DNA of 64,000 nucleotides, from the NCBI GenBank assembly GCA_963729625.1, contig CAVSOU010000017.1, forward strand, positions 266,175 to 330,174, read 5' to 3'. A model generated the notes under the pieces. It ran no database searches and was not told the origin of the DNA. It worked only from the letters and a program-made list of their open reading frames with translations. The stretch comes from an uncultured bacterium. Lineage in GTDB: Bacteria; Chloroflexota; UBA5177; JANWHV01. Positions 29,661-39,569 of this stretch are shown here, piece by piece. The position numbers were made by a program, and so were the translations under genes. Numbering within the stretch: position 1 is the first letter of the stretch; each line of letters opens with the position of its first letter.

Positions 29661-30507
29661 ACGTGCGCTTGGTCTGGCGGTGGCGACGGTAGCGGCCGCG
29701 GTTGCGTGTACGCTGCCGCTTCCCGGCGTACTTGGGCCCCTCCGTGCGTTGTGCGCGTTGCTGCTCGTGCTGGTGCTACCAGGGCTGGCGGTCGCCGCGG
29801 CCCTGTTTCCGCGCCGCACGCTCGGCCCTGCGGCTCGCGTCCTCTTTACCATGGGGTTGAGCGTGTGCCTGACGGCGCTGGTCGGCTACGCGCTGAACTG
29901 GACCGGCCCCGGCCTCCAGCGCGCCTGGTGGGCTGGATCGCTCGGCTACCTCACGCAGGTTGCGATCATCGTGGCCGTATTCCGTCTGCGCGATACAGAA
30001 CGCTTCCAGGCGCGGATGGCCTCGCTTGCCCCGCCACGCGACCCGCTTCCACCACGGCTGGCCCCGCTTGCCCCGCCGCGCGATCCGCTTCCACCACGGC
30101 CCGCCCCGCAGGTTCCGGCGTATCGTATCAGCCGGCGCGCGTGCCTCCTCTTTGCGTCGGCGGCAGTAATCGCCACGGGCGCAATTGTCTTGAATTATGT
30201 CAACGCTACACTGGAGACCGGCCCCGGCTTCACACAGCTCTGGATGGTTCCGGCGGGGACCGATGCGGTACGCCTGGGGGTAGCGAACCACGAGGGCGCG
30301 GCGACTCGCTATCGACTGGTACTGTCGCTGCCCAGCGGAGCGGTGGCGTTGTGGCCGAATATCGCGGTGGGTTCGGGCGCGACCTGGACCGGCAGCGTGA
30401 CGCTTCCATCGGCGCTTCCCATCGGCGTGGAGCTCACGGCGACGCTGTTCCGCGATAGCGGCACGCGTGCCACCGCCTACCGGCACGTGACCTACTGGAC
30501 GCGCTGA
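29650..30507 (+). CDS. DUF1616-like membrane protein
   Basis: LVLPG.A..AALFP, GLSV, FTQLW and LGVANHEG...YRL motifs; internal 36-bp duplication (LAPPRDPLPPR x2, ~30024-30100). Confidence 0.6.
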   Translation: MRPRRALGLAVATVAAAVACTLPLPGVLGPLRALCALLLVLVLPGLAVAAALFPRRTLGPAARVLFTMGLSVCLTALVGYALNWTGPGLQRAWWAGSLGYLTQVAIIVAVFRLRDTERFQARMASLAPPRDPLPPRLAPLAPPRDPLPPRPAPQVPAYRISRRACLLFASAAVIATGAIVLNYVNATLETGPGFTQLWMVPAGTDAVRLGVANHEGAATRYRLVLSLPSGAVALWPNIAVGSGATWTGSVTLPSALPIGVELTATLFRDSGTRATAYRHVTYWTR

Positions 30508-30890
30508 TAGGGCGGCGCAGCGTACAGCTACGGCCGTGCCGAAGGCCGGCCAGCGCTCCAGGTCGTCGAATGCGTGCCGACGGACGACCAACTCACCTCG
30601 TTCATTCATGGGCGGTCCTGGCGTGCAGCGAGGAGGTGCCTGAGGACCTCGCCGGGATCATCGTATCGAGCGAGACCGCGTCGGAGGGTTAGGCATGAGC
30701 GGTTCGAGCTCTCGTACACAAGTACGACACGTAGCGGATGAACCATTAGTCCGATCATCCTATGGTTGAATGGGAGATCTTTGTGCGAAGCTAAAAGAAG
30801 ATACGCGGCGAGGCGATCGGGATGCTTCCGGTAATGGCATGCAACGTGCGCAGCTGCTGAGCGCGCTCGATTCGTAAGGAGGCAACGCGG

Positions 30891-32681
30891 ATGTGCGGAA
30901 TCTTCGTCTACAGGGGAGCCCGTGGGGACGCCGCGGCGGTGGTGCTCGAGGGCCTCAAGCGACTGGAGTACCGCGGTTACGACTCCTGGGGACTGGCAGT
31001 GCCGACGCAGGACGGGCTGCGCGTCGAGCGGCGGGTGGGGAAGATTGGTGGGATCGCGGCGACCGACGCGCGGATTGCGAGCTTGAGCCCCAGCCGGGTG
31101 GCGATCGGCCACACACGATGGGCAACGCATGGAGGTGTGACGGAAGAAAACGCACACCCACATGTCTCGTGCGACAACCGCGTGGGCGTGATGCACAACG
31201 GCATCGTGGAGAATGCCCCCGAGCTGCGCACGGAGCTGCTGGCGCGAGGACATGTCCTCAGGAGCGAGACGGACACGGAAGTCGTGGCGCACCTGGTTGA
31301 AGAATCGGTCAAAGAGCATCCGCTCGCGGAGGCCGTCCGGCTGGCGTTCAATCGCTTGCGCGGCCGCAACGCGATCGTGGTGCTGGATGCAAGCAGCGGC
31401 GACGTGGTCGTGGCCAAGAGCGGCTCCCCGATCGTCGTGGGGTTGGCTGGGACCGAGGAAAGCCCGGAGTACTTGGTGTCGTCTGACATGCCGGCGCTGC
31501 TCAAGCATACGGATCGGGTCATCTGGCTCGGCGACCATGAGATGGTAACGGTGAGCGACGTACTGGCGTTTGCTGCCACCGCGGACGGGCACGAGCTGCA
31601 GCCCCCGGCGGAGAGGGTGGGCTGGGAGCCTGAGCTCAGCGAGCGGGGTACGTTCCCGCATTTCATGATCAAAGAGATATTCGAGCAGCGCGATGCGGTG
31701 CAACGGGCGATCAACCAACCAGACGCTTTGTTGAGCGACGTGGCCGCCGTGATCCGCATTGCCCAAGAGGTCTGTTTCGTCGGCTGCGGCACTGCCGGCG
31801 TGGTGGGGAAGATAGGGACCTACTTCTTCTCGGACATTGCCGGCCGCGCCACGACGGCGGTACTGGGGAGCGAGTTCAAGAACTATCGCCACTCGATGCA
31901 CGAGCGTACATTGTTGGTGGCGATCTCGCAGAGTGGCGAAACGGCCGACTTGCTGGAAGCGGTGGACGTCGCGCTGGCCCGGGGCAGCCGCGTCGTGGCC
32001 GTGGTGAACGTGCCGGGCTCACTGCTGACCCGCAAGGCGCATCACACCCTGCTGGTGCAGGCCGGTCCCGAGAAAGCCGTCGCGTCGACGAAAGCCACGC
32101 TGGGACAGATCGCGGTCCTGGCGCTGCTCGCGCACGCCGCGGCCGGGCAGGCCGCGCACGGGCGGGCGCTGCTCACGAACGTCGCATCACATATGGATGT
32201 ACTGACGACACCGGAGTATCTGCAGCGAATCGAGGCGTTGGCGACGCGCCTCGCGGGCGCCAGCGACATCTACACGATCGGCAGGGGCATCAACTATCCC
32301 GTAGCGCTGGAAGCGGCGATCAAGATCCAGGAGGTGAGCTACATCCACGCCGAAGGTCTGGCGGGCGGTGAGCTGAAGCACTATGCGATCGCCCTGATCG
32401 GGCCGGGGACACCGTGTGTGATTCTGTCGTCCAACGACGACATGCGCGCCGAGATCTTGAGCAACGCGGCGCAGGTCCGAGCGCGAGGCGGCATGATCAT
32501 CGGCGTCGGCCCTGAAAACAACCCGCTGTTCGATGAGTATCTTCCGGTTCCAGACGGCGGCAGTCTATCGCCGCTGCTCAGTCTGATGCCGCTCCAGCTT
32601 CTTGCCTACTACCTTGCCTGCCGCCGAGGGCACGACCCGGACATGCCGCGGAACCTGGCCAAAAGCGTCACGGTGAAGTAA
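30891..32681 (+). CDS. glmS: glutamine-fructose-6-phosphate aminotransferase
   Basis: MCGI, LEYRGYDS, GHTRWATHG, SQSGETAD, AVASTKA, PRNLAKSVT; AGGAGG RBS. Confidence 0.97.
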   Translation: MCGIFVYRGARGDAAAVVLEGLKRLEYRGYDSWGLAVPTQDGLRVERRVGKIGGIAATDARIASLSPSRVAIGHTRWATHGGVTEENAHPHVSCDNRVGVMHNGIVENAPELRTELLARGHVLRSETDTEVVAHLVEESVKEHPLAEAVRLAFNRLRGRNAIVVLDASSGDVVVAKSGSPIVVGLAGTEESPEYLVSSDMPALLKHTDRVIWLGDHEMVTVSDVLAFAATADGHELQPPAERVGWEPELSERGTFPHFMIKEIFEQRDAVQRAINQPDALLSDVAAVIRIAQEVCFVGCGTAGVVGKIGTYFFSDIAGRATTAVLGSEFKNYRHSMHERTLLVAISQSGETADLLEAVDVALARGSRVVAVVNVPGSLLTRKAHHTLLVQAGPEKAVASTKATLGQIAVLALLAHAAAGQAAHGRALLTNVASHMDVLTTPEYLQRIEALATRLAGASDIYTIGRGINYPVALEAAIKIQEVSYIHAEGLAGGELKHYAIALIGPGTPCVILSSNDDMRAEILSNAAQVRARGGMIIGVGPENNPLFDEYLPVPDGGSLSPLLSLMPLQLLAYYLACRRGHDPDMPRNLAKSVTVK

Positions 32682-32736
32682 GCTCGCCGCTATGCTGTGA
32701 CAGACTGCGTTCAGCAGAAACAGTTGGACGCGAGTA

Positions 32737-35700
32737 CTACATCGTGCTTTTATCCGTGAACACGGCGTAGCCCCGCCCCGGTTGCGCTCTGAAGGTCCCG
32801 CCTGTCGGAAGGAGCGCACCCGCACCGTCATGGGCACTGGGCGCCCACCGCCCGCCTGTGTAGCCGTCTATCTCGGCATAGGAACCCCCGTTTGCCGTGA
32901 GAAGGCCGGAGAGAATGGAATATGCGTCCGGTCCCGTCGTGCTCGTAGCCTCAGGGAAGCCGATCAGGTTCCAGCCGGCAGAGAGCGGCACATGTTGTGC
33001 TCCAACCGCCACCCCGATGACGTCGATGCTGCCCGCCCTGTCGCTGTAGAGCGCATAGCCGCGGCCCATCTGCAGGTTGAAGTTGTTGCTGCTCATGCCA
33101 AGACCGTCGACGGTGTCATCATAGACGCCCGCACTCCATCCGCCGGAGCTGTAGCTCGCGATCTCGGCGTAACCTCCAGGCGTGAGGCGGTTCAGGGCGG
33201 CGAGCATCGACTGGGCATCCTGCGTGGTAGTGGGCGAGATGGGCAATGTGATCAGGTTCCAGCCGGCTGCAATTGGGATGGTAGCTGCCGACCCGCAGCT
33301 GCCTGTGAGCAACGAGCAGGTCAGCGACTGTCCCGCGGCAAGCGCAAGGTGTGCTATTGGTTGGCCGCCGTACTGCTCTGCCCCCGCGGCATTCAAGCCG
33401 GTGACGGGGACCGTAACCGGTGTCGTCGCGGTGAGCGTGATCGTTTGCCAATTGCCCGCCGTGCCTCTGGTAATGAAGCCCGCTATGCCGGCGGCGTTAT
33501 ACTGTGCCCGGGCTGCCATGCGCTGGCCGATTTGCTTCATGCTCGGGCTCTCAATGGGGAGGTTGAAGTAGCTCTGGTACTTGTCGATCGTGGCATTCAT
33601 GAGGTCGGTGAACACCGAATGGGTCCCGTCGTACGCCCTGAGGTTGGCCATGTGGAACATCAACGGATCCATGTCACCGTTGAGCATATATGTAACGATG
33701 GTGCTGCTTTCCCGGCTCAGCAGATTCTGGTAGGACTGGGGGAGATCGGCGGGGTCAGAGCCGCCGACGTACCACGAGCCTGACGGGTAGAAACAGTTGT
33801 CCTCGGCCACCCACTCGCCCTGATTCGTGACGTTGTAGTACAGGTTCGTGGGATGGCGAGGGATCATCAGAATGCTGGGCGCCCCCCACTGGTTGTAGTT
33901 TCCGGTATTCGGCGACGGGTTGTTGTAATCGGTGGGGTCCGTATCATATGTGGTCGCGCCGGTGTGTGAGCTATCGCCCACCACGTACTGTATGCCGAAA
34001 GCGACTGCCGTAGCCAGGAACGTGGGATTCGTCAGGCCCGAGTATTCCGGGTTGACCATCTCCCCTTTGTAGTAGTTGGTGAGCGTCGTCGTCATAGCAA
34101 CCGCGTCGTTGTCAGCCAGCTCCTGCTGGTAGGTAAGAGTCGTGTCTGTCAGCGCGTCTGAGTTGGAAATCGGCACGGTCCAGGTGCCCAGGTTGCCATG
34201 GTCGTACGTGTGGTTGATCCAGTTGAAATCCGGCTGATAGGTCGGGAGGGCTGTCGCGAGGGAGTCTGGGACCGTGCCCCCCCAGCCCGTAGGGTTCACG
34301 TACCCCGCGCCGTTGAAGGCGAAGCTGATGCCCAGTTGCTGCGCGGTTGGTATGAGAGCATGGGTGCTCGTCAGCCAGCTGTCGAGGACACTCAGATCAG
34401 CCCCGGTCATCCTGTAGGCCGCGTTACCTTGCGCGTCCGTAGCCGTGCCACATGCCGGGTACTGGCCTGTCGCCTTCACGAGCCATTCGTCGTCGTCGAT
34501 GAAGACGTCGTCAAGCTGCGGGCTCAGGTAGACGTGCCGCTCGCCCAGGAATGCGCCGTGCGCCACCCAATTGATCAGGCCGTAAGCGAGCACCAGCGTG
34601 TGGGTAAGGACCGGACTGCTGTCGAACGTGAGGGATAGCGTCTGCGCTCCGGCAGGATCGGAGTGGATCAGACCCAGGGAGTCCGTCTCCGTGATACTTC
34701 CGGCACTCGTGAGGAGCGGAGTGGAGTGCCCGCCGACCCCCACGCCTTGCAGGTAGGCGTCCGATGCGGCCGGCGCGAGATACGTGTAGGCGAGGCTGCT
34801 GATAGGCAACCCCGATACGGTGTTCACGTAGGTGAAGATTCCCGCGCCGTCGCTGGTGAAGGTTGCCGTTGGAGCAAAGAAGCCGGCGAAGGGGCTCAGA
34901 TCCGGCGACTGGTAGCCCAGGGCGGGCTGTGGATATGCATACCAGACCACTGTGCGCGTGCAGAAGGTGTGCTGGTAGTTGATGAGCGCGCTTATCTCGG
35001 GTAGGGCGTACACGTTACTTGAAGCCAGTATGACACCATCGTAGTTGCCCTGCGTCTGGGTCCCGTTTGAGAGCCCGGCAGCGGTGAGAACATCCTCGGT
35101 CACGCTGGGTCCGTACTTTACCCCGTTGGTCGAAAGATTAAATCCGGTGCCCGTAGCAGAGCTGTAGAGGCTGGTCGTGGAGGCTATGTACAGATCGTAC
35201 GGCGCGCCCATATAGTCCATGGCTTGCGCGATCGCGGGCAGGTCGGCTTCCGTGCCGTTGTTCGAGACGACCAGCACCTTCGTCGCCAACGTCTGCTTCG
35301 ACGCGGGCGCCGCGCAGGTAGCCGGTGCGCCAACTTCCATCGGTCCGATTGCCAGCGGATGTGCCAGGCCACCGCCCGGAGTCGCCGCCGGGGGCGCCAG
35401 CGGCTTGGAGGCGATCGGTGTCGGAGGCAGCGGCCCAAGTTCCAGCCTCTCACCTGACGACGCTTTCCGCGTCGTGGCTGCGGCTGCCGCCGACGTCAAG
35501 GACGCCGGCGCCGTGCCCGTAGCTGTGGCGACCGGCACCGTTGCCGTGGCAGTAGCTACCGGCGCGGTCGCGGCAGGGACCGACACAGTTGCCATATCAC
35601 CAGAAGCAGTCGCAACCGCTGTGTCTGTAGAGGCCCGGCTTTGTGTCAATGCGCCGGTTGCGCCGGCCTGGCGTGCCGACGGACCAGTGGTGTAGACGAG

Positions 35701-35766
35701 CGTTGCCGAGAGGACGAGAAGGACGAGCAGCGAGAATCTTGTCCAATGTCGTGGCGCTGTACTCAT
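32737..35766 (-). CDS. secreted Agd3-like (CE18) polysaccharide deacetylase with C-terminal GWNLI repeats
   Basis: Signal peptide and Ala/Thr linker; LDDVF, WINHTYDH, PRHPTNLYYN and MFHMANL motifs; two L..GWNLI..P...GRGY modules. Confidence 0.75.
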   Translation of the reverse strand: MSTAPRHWTRFSLLVLLVLSATLVYTTGPSARQAGATGALTQSRASTDTAVATASGDMATVSVPAATAPVATATATVPVATATGTAPASLTSAAAAATTRKASSGERLELGPLPPTPIASKPLAPPAATPGGGLAHPLAIGPMEVGAPATCAAPASKQTLATKVLVVSNNGTEADLPAIAQAMDYMGAPYDLYIASTTSLYSSATGTGFNLSTNGVKYGPSVTEDVLTAAGLSNGTQTQGNYDGVILASSNVYALPEISALINYQHTFCTRTVVWYAYPQPALGYQSPDLSPFAGFFAPTATFTSDGAGIFTYVNTVSGLPISSLAYTYLAPAASDAYLQGVGVGGHSTPLLTSAGSITETDSLGLIHSDPAGAQTLSLTFDSSPVLTHTLVLAYGLINWVAHGAFLGERHVYLSPQLDDVFIDDDEWLVKATGQYPACGTATDAQGNAAYRMTGADLSVLDSWLTSTHALIPTAQQLGISFAFNGAGYVNPTGWGGTVPDSLATALPTYQPDFNWINHTYDHGNLGTWTVPISNSDALTDTTLTYQQELADNDAVAMTTTLTNYYKGEMVNPEYSGLTNPTFLATAVAFGIQYVVGDSSHTGATTYDTDPTDYNNPSPNTGNYNQWGAPSILMIPRHPTNLYYNVTNQGEWVAEDNCFYPSGSWYVGGSDPADLPQSYQNLLSRESSTIVTYMLNGDMDPLMFHMANLRAYDGTHSVFTDLMNATIDKYQSYFNLPIESPSMKQIGQRMAARAQYNAAGIAGFITRGTAGNWQTITLTATTPVTVPVTGLNAAGAEQYGGQPIAHLALAAGQSLTCSLLTGSCGSAATIPIAAGWNLITLPISPTTTQDAQSMLAALNRLTPGGYAEIASYSSGGWSAGVYDDTVDGLGMSSNNFNLQMGRGYALYSDRAGSIDVIGVAVGAQHVPLSAGWNLIGFPEATSTTGPDAYSILSGLLTANGGSYAEIDGYTGGRWAPSAHDGAGALLPTGGTFRAQPGRGYAVFTDKSTM

Positions 35767-36902
35767 AGTCGTCACCCTTCTTCCAATCACACGCCCGGCC
35801 CCCAGGAGCATGGTGACAGGCCGGTCGACCCGATCGCGGACCCAGCGGACCTAAATCAATGCAGGACTCCGATCACGCACGAACCGGTCAGAGATTCCCA
35901 CGCGACGAGCTCTTTGCGGTCCTTTGTAGCTCAGGAAAGTCAGATCTCCGTGAGATTGACGTTTGCGGGCCATAGGCGCAACTCCGGCGCTTCCGCATGG
36001 CGCGTTCCACATGAGCACCCGGGTGCGCCCCGCGGCGATCCGCCAATCTCGACGGACGCCAGCCACCAGCCACTCCGCCAGAGACCATGTTCGGTCGGAA
36101 ATTGCCCACGATGACAATAGGAAGTGCGCTCATCGTGTTCTCATTTCCGTCTCAATCGGTTGCGTACATTTCCTAAGAACAATACGATACTGCAGTCAGC
36201 GACCAACCTGCCGACCATACCTGCCTATCACGAGAGCATATTCTGCTCTTGTTGACACTGGCGACGTGCTCATCTATACTTCGAACCGCCAGCACCAATA
36301 CGGCCACGATTGTAGCACAACTGCACCACGGGCAGCCATGGCCGGGGAATGGCCTATATGGTCGAAACTTCTGGAAAGAATGGCCACTCGGCGGATATGA
36401 GCGAACGCGTGTCGCGTTCATACTCGAAGTGACGATGTGCTCGCCCCCGTACCTTTGACGGGGGATGCAGGCTCGCAAAGGAGTACTCGTATGAGTGTGA
36501 CGGTTGATTCTGGTAGTTGTGGTCCAGATTACCCTTCGCTCAGGCATTGCTCGCGCGCCAAGCGCTTCACGCGCCTTAAGGGCACGACTTCCCCCCAAGC
36601 CCCCCTGCCCACCAAGGGCACGCGCACTGCCAAAGACATCGCCCACATACGCGACCTCACCCTTTACGTGGAGCTCCGGCTGCGACGCTCCGGGCCGACT
36701 GTGCGAGGCGGTGATGCGCAGCAAATAGGCTTCAGTATTCATGCCTATGCCACGACTGGGCGTAGGCTGCGTCAACACGCGCTGAACGCCTTTGCATGCC
36801 GGACATGCGAGATGGCATAGCCACGACGTCCGGTGAAGTGCGGCTGAGCATGGCAGCGGCGCACGGGACGGGGCGGCTTTCTCCTCTATTTCTTCGGAGG
36901 GC

Positions 36903-38354
36903 ATGGCAGTGACGACAGATCAGGCCCGAGGTTCTCCAGTGGAGGCTACCGTAGAATCGCCGGGGCACGCGTCCCTGGGGGTGCTTGAAGCATTCCTCGG
37001 GGTGCTCTTGGTGACGGGTATTGCGGCGGTGATTCCCGGACATTGGGGGCTGCTGGATGTACAGCCGCACCCCTTGTGGCTCGTGGTGATCGCCATTGCC
37101 ATACGCTACGGCGTCCCTGCCGGTTACGCCGTCGGCGCGTTCGCGGCATGTGGATACGGTGTCTTGCTGTACTTTCGGCCAGGGGCGGATGGCACCCTTG
37201 GACCTGAGCACGAACTCTTGCAGGTCGCACTCTTATTCGTCGGTGGCCTGGTCGCCGGCGAGCTCGTGCAAGCCGAGCATCGACGCCGATTACGCGCCGA
37301 GGAAGAACGCGGCCAGGTTGCCGCATCGCTCGAGGAAGTCACGCAGCGATGCCAGGTACTGCAGGACGTGAAAGGAGAGCTAGAGCAGCGAATCGTTGGT
37401 CAAACGGCTTCGGTCATCAGCCTGTACGATGCGGCGAAGCACTTGACAACGCTCGATGCCTCCGCGGTCTGCGAGGCTACCGTGAACCTTGTCGTGTCGT
37501 TTGTCGAAGCAGAAGCCTGCTCTCTCTACCTGGAAGATTCCAGTGGCCAGTTGCGACTGGAGGCGCACGTGCCACCTCTGCAAGCATTTCGTCGATCCGT
37601 GCTCGATCCCAGACAGGGGCTGGTACGCTTGGCATTGCAGGAGCGTCGGGTCGCGACTCTGCGCGAGCAAGTCCTCAACGGCCAGGCGACCGCGGCCGAT
37701 GGCCGCCAGGCAGTGATGGCAGGCCCCTTGCTGGATATTGCGGGACGCCCGTGCGGCGTCGTGGTGATCGAGCGCATTCCCTTCCTCAAGTTCACACCTG
37801 CCAGCGTTCAGCTCTTCGGTCTGGTGGTGGACTGGGCTTCTACAGCACTGCAGAACGCCGACGCCCACCATCAAATGCGCGCGAAGACCATTGTGGATGA
37901 GACAACGGGCGTGTTTACGCCGGCGCACACGCTCGATCTGCTGCGGCAGGAATGCCTGCGTTGCCAACGGTATAATCTCCCTCTCTCGATTATTGTGCAC
38001 CGTGTCCGTTCGTTCTCCCCAGACTCGCCGACGTTTGAGCCTCAGGCGGAGCTGCTCAAGAGGCTCAAGTTGCAGCTGCGACCGGTCGATATACTCGGAC
38101 AGGCGGGCGAGTCTGGCACCTTCGCGCTGATTCTGCCATTGACGGATTTCGACGGTGCGCAGCGCGTCGCGGCGCGTATCCGCAGCGATGTATATGCTCA
38201 CCTAGCACAGAATGGTAATGACCTCGTCAGCATTCGCATCGGTGTCGCGGCGTTTTCGTCCGCGCACCCTGAACCTGAAGATATGCTCTCGCGCGCACTG
38301 GCTGCAATGCAGGACGCCGCGCCGGAACTGATTGTCGCCGAAGCGGTATCGTGA
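36903..38354 (+). CDS. pelD: PelD-like c-di-GMP receptor (TM, coiled coil, GAF, degenerate GGDEF)
   Basis: Four TM helices with PHPLWL..I.IAIRYG; GAF with IERIPFLKF; I-site RPVD followed by a degenerate GESGT; first gene of the pelF/pelG operon. Confidence 0.8.
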   Translation: MAVTTDQARGSPVEATVESPGHASLGVLEAFLGVLLVTGIAAVIPGHWGLLDVQPHPLWLVVIAIAIRYGVPAGYAVGAFAACGYGVLLYFRPGADGTLGPEHELLQVALLFVGGLVAGELVQAEHRRRLRAEEERGQVAASLEEVTQRCQVLQDVKGELEQRIVGQTASVISLYDAAKHLTTLDASAVCEATVNLVVSFVEAEACSLYLEDSSGQLRLEAHVPPLQAFRRSVLDPRQGLVRLALQERRVATLREQVLNGQATAADGRQAVMAGPLLDIAGRPCGVVVIERIPFLKFTPASVQLFGLVVDWASTALQNADAHHQMRAKTIVDETTGVFTPAHTLDLLRQECLRCQRYNLPLSIIVHRVRSFSPDSPTFEPQAELLKRLKLQLRPVDILGQAGESGTFALILPLTDFDGAQRVAARIRSDVYAHLAQNGNDLVSIRIGVAAFSSAHPEPEDMLSRALAAMQDAAPELIVAEAVS

Positions 38355-38396
38355 AGGTCTTTGCGCCCTGAGGACCCAAAATGACTGGATAGCCAC

Positions 38397-39569
38397 GTGC
38401 TGCGACGACCATCACGTCAACTCAAGGGGGCGGTTCTCGCCATATGTGGCCTTGGCGCAGACTGCATTGCCGGTGTTTGGTTGCTGGTCGCCGCGGATAC
38501 GCGCATACTGTGCCTCTATGTCCCTGCGGTGCTCACGTGGGTAGCAGGTATTCGCCTGCTTACCCTGCAGCAGGTCGACGTCGAGACCGACACCTACCGT
38601 TCAGCATGGCATCAGGCTGAAGGCGCCCCTCAACCGTCGTCGCCAAGCTGGCAGCAACTTGGGACTCTGATTCGTCTACACCGCCCCGGGGCACCTGAAT
38701 CTTCCGGCGGACCCTCACGGCGTGCGGACGCTCTGGGGCTGGACGGTTGGACCGCCGTCGCCCTGATGCTTGGGTTATTGCCTTTTCCCGCGGTCGCTCC
38801 CCTGGGAATGAGCATTGCCCTGGGCACAATCTGGCTGCTGCGACTGGTTCCCCGTTCACGAGCCGCGACGCACGCCCCGGCGATACGTAGCCTTGATACC
38901 GCGCACGCCCCGCGCCTCTCCGCAATTCGCGAGTTGGAGGTGCAGCCTATTGTCGATATCCTTCGCGGGTCAAATCGTGCACTGAAACGAGCTGCCATTC
39001 GTGCGATCGCCCAGCAACCGAGCCGCGAACGCGTGCAACTGCTTCGAGATCTCCTGGTCGATCCGGATGCCGACCTTCGCGACGCAGCATCATTGGCTTT
39101 GTTCCGGCTGGAAGCAGGATTTGAACGTGCATTGAACCAGGCAGAACATCGCGAAGGAGGGCCGCAACCGACAGAGTTGGCCGACCTTTATATGCGCTAC
39201 GCCAGCAGCGGACTGCTCGACGATATCTCAAGCACCTTGTACTTGCGCAAGGCATGCGATGTCCTTCGGCAGGCGATTGCGGAAGACTCACCTCACGCGG
39301 ATCAGAAGTTCCAGCTAGCCTATCTCCTGAGCGATCTTGGCCTGGACATGGATGCACGAGCGGCGCTCGACTATGCACTCGACGACCGCCCGGCCAACGT
39401 GCGCAGCTATTTGCAGGGCATGGAGGTTGCCTTTCGCGGTGGCAGGTGGGAGCAGCTTCAAGCACTTGCCCGGCTGGCAGTGCCCGTCGCGACCTCCGAC
39501 CCCCAGTCCGCCATGCTAGCCCGATGGTGGGCCGGAGTATCCGGCGAGCCCGCATGGAGCGAAGCATGA
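38397..39569 (+). CDS. pelE: PelE-like membrane HEAT/TPR protein
   Basis: N-terminal TM helices; PIVDIL...KRAAI..I, LL.DPDADLR..A and Y..SGLLD motifs; ATGA-coupled to pelF. Confidence 0.65.
   Translation: MLRRPSRQLKGAVLAICGLGADCIAGVWLLVAADTRILCLYVPAVLTWVAGIRLLTLQQVDVETDTYRSAWHQAEGAPQPSSPSWQQLGTLIRLHRPGAPESSGGPSRRADALGLDGWTAVALMLGLLPFPAVAPLGMSIALGTIWLLRLVPRSRAATHAPAIRSLDTAHAPRLSAIRELEVQPIVDILRGSNRALKRAAIRAIAQQPSRERVQLLRDLLVDPDADLRDAASLALFRLEAGFERALNQAEHREGGPQPTELADLYMRYASSGLLDDISSTLYLRKACDVLRQAIAEDSPHADQKFQLAYLLSDLGLDMDARAALDYALDDRPANVRSYLQGMEVAFRGGRWEQLQALARLAVPVATSDPQSAMLARWWAGVSGEPAWSEA

Noticed and set aside
30510-30890. glmS ribozyme upstream of glmS
   Set aside because: There is an AGCGC and a GGTCGTC...GACGACC hairpin, but the core AGCGCC...GACGAGG...ATCGAA arrangement is absent.
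35767-36902. c-di-GMP riboswitch, or the 243-aa ORF 36173-36904
   Set aside because: No GGCAAA...GAAA...GACGCAAA consensus is visible. The ORF has no recognisable motifs and atypical composition.
36903-38354. Active diguanylate cyclase
   Set aside because: The GGDEF motif is degenerate (GESGT) while RxxD is kept, which fits a PelD-type receptor.
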